Assembly (NCBI GenBank): GCA_050287085.1 | Contig: JBNKBE010000028.1 | Coordinates: forward strand, 1 to 64,000 | Length of the DNA: 64,000 nucleotides | Source of the DNA: Polyangiaceae bacterium | GTDB lineage: Bacteria > Myxococcota_A > Polyangia > Polyangiales > Polyangiaceae | Reading direction: 5' to 3' | Shown: positions 39,568 through 49,447 of the stretch, piece after piece | Layout of the letters: the number at the start of each line of letters is the position of its first letter | Numbering within the stretch: position 1 is the first letter of the stretch | The notes under the pieces: model-generated | The model's database searches: none | Told to the model about the DNA's origin: nothing | The model's input: only the letters and a program-made list of their open reading frames with translations | Program-made: the position numbers and the translations under genes

Positions 39568-41088
39568 TTGGGTGGTGCCATGACATTTCAGGGAAAACGA
39601 TCGGTTGGGAGCGAGTTGAACTTGATGGGGGACAGCATGCCTTGCCCAGCTGGCGAGCTGACGGTCTCGAGTGAGCCAGCGGGAGAGGCTGCCACGCACT
39701 CGCTCTGGGGCGCTGCGGTTGGCATCCGCTGGGGGGATCTGCTGCTCCACAGCACTCTCGTCATGCCGGGATCATCGTTTACCGTCGGAGAGGCGTCTGG
39801 GGTGAACGACGGAGAGCGGCACTTTGCGCTTCCCGGAGAAATACTTGGGCAGGAGCAGCTAGAGCTTGTCACCTCGCACGCCGGCGCCTTCATCGTGCAC
39901 GTACCGAATGCTGCGTCGGCACGGGTCATTGAGCCAGCAGTGAGGGCGGGGGAGACGGCGCCCGTGAGCGGCTCTGCGTCGAATCGCTTGCGGCTGAAAT
40001 TAGGCACTCAAGTTGAGGTGACGCTCGCCGGGGACTTGGTCATCGAGGTGATAGGGGTGGCGCTGAGTGCTCGCCCAGCACGCCAGTGGCTCGAGCCAGA
40101 GAGTTCGCGCGTCGCCGGCTTCTGGGGCGTGAGCGCGGCCACCGTAGCGAGCCTCCTTGCGGCGGCGGCCTATTTCGTGCCGCCTATGGGAGTGACGGCC
40201 GGTGAGCTCAGTCATGAGGCTCGAAAGGAGCTGATTCTGCAGTACTTGGCGGCTTCTGCTGAGCGAGAGACACCCCCGGAGCGAAGCCGAGGCGAGTCCG
40301 GGGGAGCAGCGGGAGCAGAGCCCGGGGAACGGGCTTCGGGAGCGGAGGGAGCCATGGGTGAGGCAAGTGCCAAGGCAGGAACCCGGCGCTTTCAGGTCAA
40401 AGCCCCGAGTTCACAAGCTGAGCCCGCTTTGGCTCGTTCGCAGCAGTTGGAGGAGGCCAGCACTTTTGGTCTTGTGGGGCTGCTGCTCGGTTCTCCTGAT
40501 ACACCTCAGGCCCCCTGGGGTCGCGACGTCGCGGTGGGACAGGACGACGCGTCTCAGTTGGGCGGTATATGGGGCGACGCTCTGGGGGATGTGCCCGGAG
40601 GCGGCGGGCTAGGGCTTAGCAGCAACGGCGATGGGGGCGGAGGGATTGGACGCGGGATTGGGCTCTCCAACGTCGGCACGCTCGGTCACGGTCTGGGATC
40701 GTCGGGGAGCGATGGCTTTGGCAGTCAGCACGGACGACTTCAAGGCGCCCATCGACCCAAAGGGATCCGCGTGCGCAGCGCTGGTATCCAGCTTGGGGGT
40801 CGCCTACCGTCCGCCGTAGTTCAGCGCATTGTGCGTCAGAACTACGGCCGCTTTCGATTGTGCTACGAGAAGGGATTGGTCCGAAACCCCAACTTGGAAG
40901 GGCGCGTCAACGTGCGTTTCGTCATCGGAGCGGACGGCAGCGTGGCCAGTGTCATGAACGGCGGATCGTCGCTTCCGGATAGCTCAGTGGTCAACTGCGT
41001 CATTCGTGCGTATTACGGCTTAACATTTCCCAAGCCGTCAGGCGGCATCGTCACGGTCGTATACCCTTTGATTCTCACCCCGGGGTGA
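39568..41088 (+). CDS. AgmX/PglI (GltG-like) C-terminal domain membrane protein
   Basis: Single TM, Gly-rich linker, C-terminal VQRIVRQNYGRFRLCYEKGL..LEGRV..FPKPSGGIVTVVYP. Confidence 0.8.
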   Translation: MGGAMTFQGKRSVGSELNLMGDSMPCPAGELTVSSEPAGEAATHSLWGAAVGIRWGDLLLHSTLVMPGSSFTVGEASGVNDGERHFALPGEILGQEQLELVTSHAGAFIVHVPNAASARVIEPAVRAGETAPVSGSASNRLRLKLGTQVEVTLAGDLVIEVIGVALSARPARQWLEPESSRVAGFWGVSAATVASLLAAAAYFVPPMGVTAGELSHEARKELILQYLAASAERETPPERSRGESGGAAGAEPGERASGAEGAMGEASAKAGTRRFQVKAPSSQAEPALARSQQLEEASTFGLVGLLLGSPDTPQAPWGRDVAVGQDDASQLGGIWGDALGDVPGGGGLGLSSNGDGGGGIGRGIGLSNVGTLGHGLGSSGSDGFGSQHGRLQGAHRPKGIRVRSAGIQLGGRLPSAVVQRIVRQNYGRFRLCYEKGLVRNPNLEGRVNVRFVIGADGSVASVMNGGSSLPDSSVVNCVIRAYYGLTFPKPSGGIVTVVYPLILTPG

Positions 41089-41154
41089 GTTGGTGACAAC
41101 CCGTAGGGGCGCGCAAGGGCCGCGGCTTTGCTATCTGCAAGGGCGGTCCCAGCG

Positions 41155-41403
41155 CTACTTGACTGGGAGCCCACGCTGCGGGCGAAGGGCTTGCCGCAGT
41201 CGTTCGACTTCGCCGGGAGCCACGGTCAGCCAGGCGATCCAATGCTTTTCCCCCTCGCGACGGGACCCAGCCTCGACGCAGGGTACTGACTCGCGCTGGA
41301 CGAAGTCGCGAACATGACGATGATGGTGTTCGGCCGTGCGCTCGGCGTGGGGGCCGAAGAAGTCCCAAATGAGCTGAACGTTGTAATCGGTGGCTTCCGG
41401 CAT
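41155..41403 (-). CDS. Small hypothetical protein with His cluster
   Basis: LIWDFFGPHAERTAEHHHRHV..ALRPQRG; coding-like codon usage. Confidence 0.65.
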   Translation of the reverse strand: MPEATDYNVQLIWDFFGPHAERTAEHHHRHVRDFVQRESVPCVEAGSRREGEKHWIAWLTVAPGEVERLRQALRPQRGLPVK

Positions 41404-41775
41404 AGGAGGTGTAGCCAGCGTAGCAGCATTGGGGCGCCCTCACGCCAGGCCCCCTCACGCCAGGCCGTAGTCGCGCCGAGTTCCGCGGGTGCGCCTCCGC
41501 CCGACCCCTGCCGCGGCACGTTGAGCGCAGCCTGCTGGTGCGATAATACGCCCGAATTCCGCACGCCTTGAGGTCCGGCTTCGGCCCTGTGGGACCGCCG
41601 GCCGTTTGAGCGCTTGGATAGTGCTACCAGAAGCGGAGCGCCTGCGTGGTCGCGCCTGGGTACGGCTTCTGACGAGCCATTGCACGGCGCGCTTCGAGCG
41701 TGCACCGTATAGGGTCCCGGGTTTCGGACGCGGTGCTCTATGCTCGAAGGCCGTCGACAGCAAAGGTGGTGTTGA

Positions 41776-43401
41776 ATGGAGGATCTGTCCATCTTGCTCG
41801 CGAATGACGAGCTGCTGCTTTTGTTCCTGGTCATTCTGCTCGGCTTGCTGCTGGGACGGCTTCAGATCCGCGGGATCCGACTTGGGTTGGCGGGTGTTCT
41901 GTTTGCGGGTCTCGGACTTACGGCGTGGCTTCAGCCACACGGGCCCGCGTTGCGTATTGCGCCAGAGCTCAAGGAGTTCGGCCTGGTGCTATTCGTCTAC
42001 TGCGTGGGGCTTACCAGCGGCCCTGGCTTCTTTGCAGCATGGCGTTCGCGTGGGGTGCGACTCAACCTCGTCGTCCTTGTGGCCCTCGGCTGTGGGGCTG
42101 CCCTAGCCGTGTTGGGAGGGCGTTTGTTGGGGCTGGACAAGGGACTGATCGCGGGCGTCTTTTGCGGCGCGCTTACCAACACGCCGGCGCTGGGGGCAGC
42201 AACCGATCGCCTAGGCGATAGCGCGCTCGCGCTGCAGCCGGTGTTGGGGTACTCCGTCACCTATCCCTTTGGCATATTCGGAGCGCTACTCGCGTTCCGT
42301 CTATACGTTCGCTGGTCGAGTGTGCAGCTGCAGGCCGAGCGGAAACGGCATGAGCAAGAGCAGTTGCCCCTGCTCACGGTCAACCTTCGAGTCACCAATC
42401 CAGCCATTGTTGGGCACTCCATTGGAGAGTTGCGCGTTCAGGACGAAGTTGGGGTCCTGGTCTCTAGGTTGAGGCGCGCCGACGACGTACTCGTGCCGAC
42501 CAAGTATACGGTCTTTCAGTCGGGAGATATCGTCGTCGCCGTTTGCAACGAGTCGACGAGACCCGCGGCGGTGGCATTCTTTGGCGAAGAGTCCGAGCTG
42601 CATCTGGAGTCTGAGCGCCAGCGAGTCGATATGCGGCGAGTTCTCGTTTCTCGCCCGGAACATGTGGGATGTTCCATCGACGAGCTCGACCTCGATCGAC
42701 GCTTCAACGCGCAGGTGACCCGTATCCGCCGCGCCGACGTCGACTTTGTTCCGACGGGGGACACGCGCCTCGCTCAGGGCGACAGACTTCGGGTTGTGGC
42801 CCCTGCGCGGCGTCTGCGGGAGGTAAGCCAGTTCTTTGGCGACTCGGAGCGCCAGCTGGCGGAAGTCGACTACGTAGCGCTCGGGTTGGGACTCGCCGCC
42901 GGGCTGTTGCTGGCTCATATCCCGGTGCCGGCGTTTGGCGTGGATCTTACCCTGGGGGCCGCCGGCGGACCGCTGATCATCGCGCTGCTTCTTGGGCGTC
43001 TGTCGCGCACCGGTCCTCTTGTGTGGCTATTGCCTTACGAGGCCAATCGCGTCGTGCGCGATCTTGGGCTCCTGCTCTTCCTAGCGGGAGTTGGGGTCAG
43101 CGCAGGTGCCAGCATGGACGGGGTATTCACCCAGGAAGGTCTTGCCTTGCTTGGGCTTGGTATCGCTGTCACGACGGTGACGACAACCGTAGCTCTGCTT
43201 CTGGCTCGCTTCTTGGCGGCGGCTGAGGTGATCACGAGCCTAGGCGCGGCAAGCGGTATGCAAACACAACCCGCCACGCTGGAGGCGGCGTTTGAGCTCT
43301 CGGGGCAATCCAACGAGACCTATGTTTCCTATGCCCTGGTGTACCCCGTTGCCATGATCAGCAAGATACTAATAGCTCAGCTCTTGGCCGTCTTCGCCTG
43401 A
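41776..43401 (+). CDS. AspT/YidE/YbjL family antiporter with two TrkA_C domains
   Basis: FGLVLFVYCVGLTSGPGFF, GALTNTPALGAA, GYSVTYPFG, duplicated membrane halves. Confidence 0.9.
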   Translation: MEDLSILLANDELLLLFLVILLGLLLGRLQIRGIRLGLAGVLFAGLGLTAWLQPHGPALRIAPELKEFGLVLFVYCVGLTSGPGFFAAWRSRGVRLNLVVLVALGCGAALAVLGGRLLGLDKGLIAGVFCGALTNTPALGAATDRLGDSALALQPVLGYSVTYPFGIFGALLAFRLYVRWSSVQLQAERKRHEQEQLPLLTVNLRVTNPAIVGHSIGELRVQDEVGVLVSRLRRADDVLVPTKYTVFQSGDIVVAVCNESTRPAAVAFFGEESELHLESERQRVDMRRVLVSRPEHVGCSIDELDLDRRFNAQVTRIRRADVDFVPTGDTRLAQGDRLRVVAPARRLREVSQFFGDSERQLAEVDYVALGLGLAAGLLLAHIPVPAFGVDLTLGAAGGPLIIALLLGRLSRTGPLVWLLPYEANRVVRDLGLLLFLAGVGVSAGASMDGVFTQEGLALLGLGIAVTTVTTTVALLLARFLAAAEVITSLGAASGMQTQPATLEAAFELSGQSNETYVSYALVYPVAMISKILIAQLLAVFA

Positions 43402-43427
43402 GGGCGTGATGCCTTGGGTGCGTTAAC

Positions 43428-45620
43428 ATGCTCGGGGTGTTGCTAGGAGGTCTAAGTACCTGGGTACTGGTCGGAACGTGGCTGGTGCTGCGTTTCGGCG
43501 CCGCGCAAGCAGCCGCGTGGAGTCGAGTGACAACCCCGCGCACGACGTTTGGGTGGGGGCTGGCACTGGCGCTGGCAAGCGGACCCCTTTGGGCTCTTCA
43601 TCCCTGGATGTCGCCCCCAGAAGGTCTGTATTGGGGGGATGCAGAGGGTCACGCCCGTGCGGCCGTTGAGATCGCGCACGGAGCGTTGGCGCACGGCTGG
43701 ATCACCGGCATCCTCGCGGGGTTTCCCCTGGGGCATCACTATCCCCCGCTGTCGTGGCTTGTCGCCGCCGCCTGGATATCCTTGGGCGTCGCACCGGCCA
43801 CTGCCGTGTACTGGCTGGGCTGGCTAGCCACGCTTGCCCTGCCGCTTGTCTTCTTCCTGGCCTTGGTGAGGGCGCGCGCCCAACCGCTGTTTGCTTTTCT
43901 TGGGGCGCTCTGCCTCTGTTGGGTCGCTCCCTACAATGCGTTTGTCGGAGGTTTCGAGGTCTACTTCACGCAGGGTTTGCTGTCGCAGGCGGTGGCTCTT
44001 CCGCTGTGCTTGTGGTGGACTTGCGAGGTGATATTGGTGCGCGATCCCGTGCGCACCGCCCTTTGGGGTTGTCTGCTCATGGCTGCGCACCCGCAGCTGG
44101 CGCTTGGGGGGTTGGTTCTGTTGTGGATGGCCGCTTTGGTCGTCTCAGAGCGGGCCCTGTTTCGGTCGGCTTCGTGGGCTGCGGTGGCCTTGTTGTTCAG
44201 TGGGGCGTGTCTCTATGGGCAAGGCCTCGCCACCTTGAACGTGCCTTTTGGTTGGCCACCAGCCTTTGGTTGGCGTCAATTGGGGTTTGGACCGAGCCAT
44301 CTTGGCGAGTGGCTTCTTGACGGCGAGCTGCTTGATCGCGATCGAAGCCCGGTGCTCACCGCTCTGGTGAGCGCCTCGCTCTTGTGTCTGCTGCTATTGG
44401 GCCGGAGCCTGGTAGCGCGGAGCGTGGTGGTGACTCTCGTGGCGGGCCTTCTGCTTACCCTTTCCGGGCAGGCGCTGAACGCATTGGGTGCCATCGGGCA
44501 ATTGCTGCTGACCTTTGCGCAGCCACTGCGCCTGCTTGCCTTCATTCCTGTGCTCGTGGGGCTGACCCTTGTGGTGGCACTCGAAGAGTCTCGCTCCTAT
44601 CTCGTTTTTCGCGATAGCGCCGCTCGCTGGCTCCAGTACGCCGTGCGCGGATTTACATGTGTCATCACCAGCGGATTGCTTTTGTGCAGCGTGCCTTCCC
44701 GTCTGGACTACGTGCATAAACGTCATTCAGCGTTGAGCACGCTTTCGCGGCCTCGCGGCTACGAGGCGCCCAAGCTCCGGCGTTGGCTTCGGGCGCTGAG
44801 CCGCGGCCGGGTGTGGTACGACGATCGTGCCTCCGCGCCGCTCTCACTGCCTTTTGTCGTTGATGGTCTCGGCTTGGCATCGGCCGTTCCGGTTGCGACA
44901 ACCAATGCTGTGGGGGCTCACGTAGGGCTAATGTTTGCGGCCTATCATGCGCTCGACTTCGAACGTGGGGATTCAGCGCGGCGTGCGGAAGCTCTGGGCG
45001 TGCGTACCGTGTTGCACGTCGGAAGTGGCGCCCCGCCCGGCTGGCGAGAGGTGGCCCGCAGCGGCGACGTAGGATTGTTTGAGCATATGCGCCCCACCGA
45101 TTGGCTCGGCGTCGGTTGTGTGGTTCGGAAGCTGAGCGGTAGCAACGCCGTGCTGAAAGCTCGCTTGGCGAGCGAGCTTTCAAGTCCACAGAGCGCTGAC
45201 GCCCTGTTGGATCCGCTGCACCTCGTTTCAATCGAGCTAGGCTCTGGAGTATTGGTTGAAGAGGGGGTCAATGCGGCGGGGTGTGACGCCTCCGCGGCGC
45301 AGGTTGACGTGGAGCGAAGGGAGCCCGGATATCTCCGGGCCACGGTGCATACGAACACGCCCAGCGTCGTAGTACTCCGCGAAACGGCATTTCCAGGCTG
45401 GGAATTCGTCGTCGATGGCAATCCGGCACGGCCCACGCTGGTGGCCCCGGGCTTTCCGGCTTTCCTGGTCGGACCCGGGGCACACAGCTTCGAAGCCGCG
45501 GCTCACTCCATGCCAGGTTATGGTGGGCTGCTATTGGTTGGAGGCGGGGGGTTGCTGGCGGTGGCCGTCTTATTGCGTCGCCGCTGGTCGACCGGAGGCC
45601 CACCGGATGCCGCCCAGTAA
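43428..45620 (+). CDS. Polytopic membrane protein, GT-C/YfhO-like glycosyltransferase candidate
   Basis: WGDAEGH..GW..AGFPLGHHYPPL first-loop motif, many TMs, C-terminal ETAFPGWEFVVDG YfhO-like segment. Confidence 0.6.
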   Translation: MLGVLLGGLSTWVLVGTWLVLRFGAAQAAAWSRVTTPRTTFGWGLALALASGPLWALHPWMSPPEGLYWGDAEGHARAAVEIAHGALAHGWITGILAGFPLGHHYPPLSWLVAAAWISLGVAPATAVYWLGWLATLALPLVFFLALVRARAQPLFAFLGALCLCWVAPYNAFVGGFEVYFTQGLLSQAVALPLCLWWTCEVILVRDPVRTALWGCLLMAAHPQLALGGLVLLWMAALVVSERALFRSASWAAVALLFSGACLYGQGLATLNVPFGWPPAFGWRQLGFGPSHLGEWLLDGELLDRDRSPVLTALVSASLLCLLLLGRSLVARSVVVTLVAGLLLTLSGQALNALGAIGQLLLTFAQPLRLLAFIPVLVGLTLVVALEESRSYLVFRDSAARWLQYAVRGFTCVITSGLLLCSVPSRLDYVHKRHSALSTLSRPRGYEAPKLRRWLRALSRGRVWYDDRASAPLSLPFVVDGLGLASAVPVATTNAVGAHVGLMFAAYHALDFERGDSARRAEALGVRTVLHVGSGAPPGWREVARSGDVGLFEHMRPTDWLGVGCVVRKLSGSNAVLKARLASELSSPQSADALLDPLHLVSIELGSGVLVEEGVNAAGCDASAAQVDVERREPGYLRATVHTNTPSVVVLRETAFPGWEFVVDGNPARPTLVAPGFPAFLVGPGAHSFEAAAHSMPGYGGLLLVGGGGLLAVAVLLRRRWSTGGPPDAAQ

Positions 45621-46682
45621 GTGTTGTATGAAGTCAGGCTCGGCATAGCTTTCCCGAGTGTGACCGAGCCCGGTATAGAAAGCGCGTCCACCCTCATAGT
45701 CCTGGCACCAAGCGATGGGGTGATCGCCGCTCATCGAGCTTTCTTCAGGGGAATAGCTGCTTTCGTCGAGAGATAAGAGCACCCGAACCCCGGGGCGAGG
45801 GTTGACTCTGAAGCCATACCACTCGTCTATCCGTGACCATTCGTTCGGCAAATGGCGGGTCGCCGGGTGCGCTGCATCCTCCACTCGAATCGTCGCATTC
45901 TGCGTTCGTGGGTGGGCTCTAAAGTAGGCCCCAACGAGCTCACCGTACCACGGCCAATCGTACTCGGTGTCGCTTGCGGCGTGGATCCCAACGAAGCCAC
46001 CACCGGCCTGCACGAAGCTCTGGAGCGCGTCTTGCTGGGGAGCGGTGAGTACATCTTCTGATGTATTCGCGAACACAACGACGTCGAAGCCATCGAGGAA
46101 CTGCCGGGAAAACTCGTTCCCGTCTTCAGTGGCCGTCATCGTCCAGCCCTGTTCATCTGCGAGTGAACGGAGCGCCTCGATGGCATCCGGAATGGAGTCG
46201 TGCCGATAGCCTGCCGTCTTGGTGAAGACCAGCACATTGAGGACTCCGATGTCGGGTTCGCTTGGTTCTCCTCCTGCAGCGCCCGCAGCGTTGTCGTCGC
46301 CCTGGAGCTCCGTTTGGGATTGACCCTGTTCATTCGTCCCTGCCGCTGCGTCGCCTATTCGCTCGGCGCCGTTCTTGTCGACACCGTCGAGCCGCGCGCC
46401 GCCGCCTTGCCCCCCATCAGGCCCAGCGAGCGACGGCGATCCGCCGTTGTCGCTCATTGTTACGCTGGAACCGAGGCCATCTGGAACGGCACCGCTGGCT
46501 CCCTCGGGGGCGGGCAGTTCAAAACGTCGCTTCGCCATTTCGTCTGCGGTGCAGGCGCAGAGGATGTGGCTCGTGAGGCCGAGTGCGAGGCCAACGACCA
46601 CTGGGGCGCGAGTGACCACTGGGGCGCGAGGGCGACCCCGAGCCGAAGTCGAATGCGCGCGCCGCACCAATAGCGGCAACAC
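45570..46682 (-). CDS. ThuA-like domain lipoprotein
   Basis: VLVFTKTAGYRHDSIP, GFVGIHAASDTEYDW, DEWY, GDHPIAW, FYTGLGH; start uncertain; 3' end overlaps the convergent gene by 51 bp. Confidence 0.85.
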   Translation of the reverse strand: MLPLLVRRAHSTSARGRPRAPVVTRAPVVVGLALGLTSHILCACTADEMAKRRFELPAPEGASGAVPDGLGSSVTMSDNGGSPSLAGPDGGQGGGARLDGVDKNGAERIGDAAAGTNEQGQSQTELQGDDNAAGAAGGEPSEPDIGVLNVLVFTKTAGYRHDSIPDAIEALRSLADEQGWTMTATEDGNEFSRQFLDGFDVVVFANTSEDVLTAPQQDALQSFVQAGGGFVGIHAASDTEYDWPWYGELVGAYFRAHPRTQNATIRVEDAAHPATRHLPNEWSRIDEWYGFRVNPRPGVRVLLSLDESSYSPEESSMSGDHPIAWCQDYEGGRAFYTGLGHTRESYAEPDFIQHLLGGIRWASGRPAATQ

Positions 46683-47098
46683 GGCGCGGCCCTGGCGGGC
46701 CAAGGGGGGGCGCACAGTCAGAGGTAGGCGTAAAGCTGCCTCACACGTTTTTCGTTCGGCTTTGGGCAGGTGCACAACGACACCTTTGCACAACCCGTTG
46801 AGCTGAGCATGGGGATTGATGGTGAACACGCAGAAGCGTCGCTTGTTGCGTCGACGACCATGACGACAGTGCACAAAGGCAACAGCACGGTATGAGGGGA
46901 GCAATTGTCACTTTCCACCGAAGGATCGCGACTGGGCCTGTGCGGCCCAATGAATGGGCGCTTCCGTACCCGAGTGCACGACCGACAGCTTGTCCTAACT
47001 CCCAGGCCACTGCGTCGCTCAGTTCTCCTTTGAAGAGCCTTGGGGTCGACATCCAACTTGGAGTGGTTACGTCAAAGGTGTCAGAAAGGAGGTGTCCA

Positions 47099-47278
47099 AT
47101 GCTGAGCTTCAGACGTGGCACTCGCATGGAGAGCATTGGGTTTTTGGTTGTTCTACTCGGCGTGACGGCGTTCATGGCGCTGGCCCCCAACTGGGAACGC
47201 CCGAGCGATCCGGCGACGAGCATAACGGTTCCTTCAATGGTCAATATTCCGCCAGCCGGCAGCCTCAAGCTGGAGTAG
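47099..47278 (+). CDS. Small single-TM protein (59 aa)
   Basis: Near-perfect SD AAAGGAGGTG before ATG; hydrophobic IGFLVVLLGVTAFMALA; hairpin downstream. Confidence 0.55.
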   Translation: MLSFRRGTRMESIGFLVVLLGVTAFMALAPNWERPSDPATSITVPSMVNIPPAGSLKLE

Positions 47279-47642
47279 TTGTGGGGCTGCAAGCCGCGAC
47301 CGGGGTCGCGGGGTCCTGTCGAGCCGGGACGCGCTGCTGGCTCCGATGGCCGGCTGCTTGCTTGTGATGTCGAGACGCGCTGCGCAGTTCCGCTGCGCGT
47401 CTCGACCCCTTCCCAAACCCAAGCTGGGCTCAAGCCGCCGAGTGTACACCATGCCGCCCCCGTCGTCAGCGCGGGCGGTGCACTCAAACGAGCTCGAGCT
47501 CAAACCGCCTTGCGCGGACGGCGCGGCGCACTTTGGGCGCGCCCGAGCCACCCACCGACAGCGGCTCTCGTCGTGCCAAGAATAGTTTGAATTCAAACCG
47601 CTTCCGCCGCGCCGCTTCGCGGCGTTTGGTGTACGCTGGGGC

Positions 47643-47969
47643 GTGGTTCGTCGCTACATCTTCGTCAAGCTCGAGCCCGAATACGTCGCCGGTTTGAAGG
47701 CAATTCGACTTCTCGAGACGGCCAAGGAAGTGCTGCGAGCTGCCTACGGCGTGCAAGCATTGCACATCGGGCATGCCGCCGATGACGCGACCAAGCAGCA
47801 GTGGGACCTCTGCTTCACCCTCGAGTTCGTCTCCAACGTGGATCTCGAGCGCAGTTCCAAGGATGCTGTGACCCGGACCTTTCTGACGTCGTTCCTGCAG
47901 CCGCGTGCACAGTCGGTCTGGTCCGTTACATTCGAAGGACAGAGCGCCGGTCCACGGCGACTCCAGTGA
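47643..47969 (+). CDS. Dabb family (stress-responsive A/B barrel) protein
   Basis: MVRRYIFVKL..GVQALHIG..WDLCFTLEF pattern, 108 aa. Confidence 0.65.
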   Translation: MVRRYIFVKLEPEYVAGLKAIRLLETAKEVLRAAYGVQALHIGHAADDATKQQWDLCFTLEFVSNVDLERSSKDAVTRTFLTSFLQPRAQSVWSVTFEGQSAGPRRLQ

Positions 47970-48133
47970 GGCCGCTGGCAGGCGGCAGGATCGATCGGAG
48001 ACCGAACGTCGAAGCTCGCTGTCGACGGGCGCAGCTGCCGACCTCGCCCCTTCGGGGGTGACTGCAGAGCCCTACGCCCAGGCGACTTTCAGGTCAGCGC
48101 TCCGTCGTGCTTCGTCACCAAGGGCCCGAGGCT

Positions 48134-49441
48134 TCACTGCGACAAGCGATAGAGCTGCACGTCTTCGTCGATGCCATTCACTAGCACGAAGATGTCGAGG
48201 GAAGGGACGTACCGGAAACGGCCGTAGGTGCCGTTGGGGCTAGGCGAAGTGGGGGTGACGTCGTCTCGGAGCTGCTTCTCGGACCACGACCGTGCTTCCA
48301 GGTCGAGGGCGTACACGCTGCCGCCTTCTGCCCAACCGATAAGTTGTTTCGTTGCCGAATCGTAATCGAAGCCTGGATTGTTCGCGTTGACCAGCGCATC
48401 ACCTCCGGTGGTTTCGATAACGACCGAGTCGGCTTCCGGGTTTTCCAAGTCCCAGATGCGTACCCTGCCGCCTCCAACGCCGACCAGCTTGCGAGCGTCC
48501 GGCTCGATTGCGGCGGTCAACTCGTAGCCGAAGAAACCCTCATCGAACCTGACATGCCGGGTGGCTTGCCCGCTGTGCGGATCGTAGTCGGACAGGTAGG
48601 CTTCATTCCCTGTGCCGTGCGACCAAATGTGTCCAGTCGTCGGATCGATGGCGGAGATCGCTCCGATGTTGCCACCGTGATCGAGCTCGCCCTCGGTCGA
48701 CCAATGAGTGTTTGCCAGGTGAAAACAAACCACCGCTCCGTTTCCGGTTTGACCGCTTGGATAGAACGCGGCACCGCCGAAGGAGCACATCGCATCGAAC
48801 GGTGTCGCGACGTACTGCAGATAGTTGTAGGTGTGTCGAGCACGCGGCAGACCATCTGGGTAGAGTCCGCTCGGTTCGTCGCCACCCACATCGGTCGACG
48901 GCTCACTCAGGCGAGACCAAGTCGAGGTGTGAAGATTGAACGCGTAGACTTCGTTCCCCGCGTAGTCCATGTGCCCACCGCCCCAAACCAGCAGCTGATC
49001 GCGCGTGGTGTCGAACGCCGCTCCGCCCCAGGCGCCCATGATCGCCGCTGGTCCAGAATTGCCGCGGACGGCCTCGAGCGCGTCACCGGTGGGAACCACG
49101 TCGGATAATCGTGAGCCTGCGAGATTGCACCACTGTCCCGGCAACAGTCCCATTATGTCTTCGACGTCCCCGCACTCGAGCATTGCCGCAGGGCCAAGCG
49201 CCACCGCCTCGCCGGCGTCGGAATTCGAAGCGCCGCCCGCGTCCGGCCCAGCCTGCTTCGGCGGCGGTGCGGCGTCGGTCTGCTCGTTCGCCTCGCGGCC
49301 AGCGTCACTGGTCCCTGAAACACCGGAATCCCAAGCCATCGAGCCCGCGTCCTCCTCGAGCGTCCCGTGATCATGCGGGGCACCGGAGCAGGCACAGGTC
49401 ATAGCGGCGAGTAGTTGCAAAGAACTTGCTGCAATCTTCAT
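48134..49441 (-). CDS. Lipoprotein with Kelch-like beta-propeller
   Basis: Cys-containing signal; LVWGGGHMDYAGNEVYAF, PRARHTY, GTYGRFRYVP. Confidence 0.65.
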   Translation of the reverse strand: MKIAASSLQLLAAMTCACSGAPHDHGTLEEDAGSMAWDSGVSGTSDAGREANEQTDAAPPPKQAGPDAGGASNSDAGEAVALGPAAMLECGDVEDIMGLLPGQWCNLAGSRLSDVVPTGDALEAVRGNSGPAAIMGAWGGAAFDTTRDQLLVWGGGHMDYAGNEVYAFNLHTSTWSRLSEPSTDVGGDEPSGLYPDGLPRARHTYNYLQYVATPFDAMCSFGGAAFYPSGQTGNGAVVCFHLANTHWSTEGELDHGGNIGAISAIDPTTGHIWSHGTGNEAYLSDYDPHSGQATRHVRFDEGFFGYELTAAIEPDARKLVGVGGGRVRIWDLENPEADSVVIETTGGDALVNANNPGFDYDSATKQLIGWAEGGSVYALDLEARSWSEKQLRDDVTPTSPSPNGTYGRFRYVPSLDIFVLVNGIDEDVQLYRLSQ

Positions 49442-49447
49442 GGAGCC

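Noticed and set aside
46741..47487. 248-aa minus-strand ORF
   Set aside because: No recognisable motifs or SD; conflicts with the SD-supported small ORF at 47099
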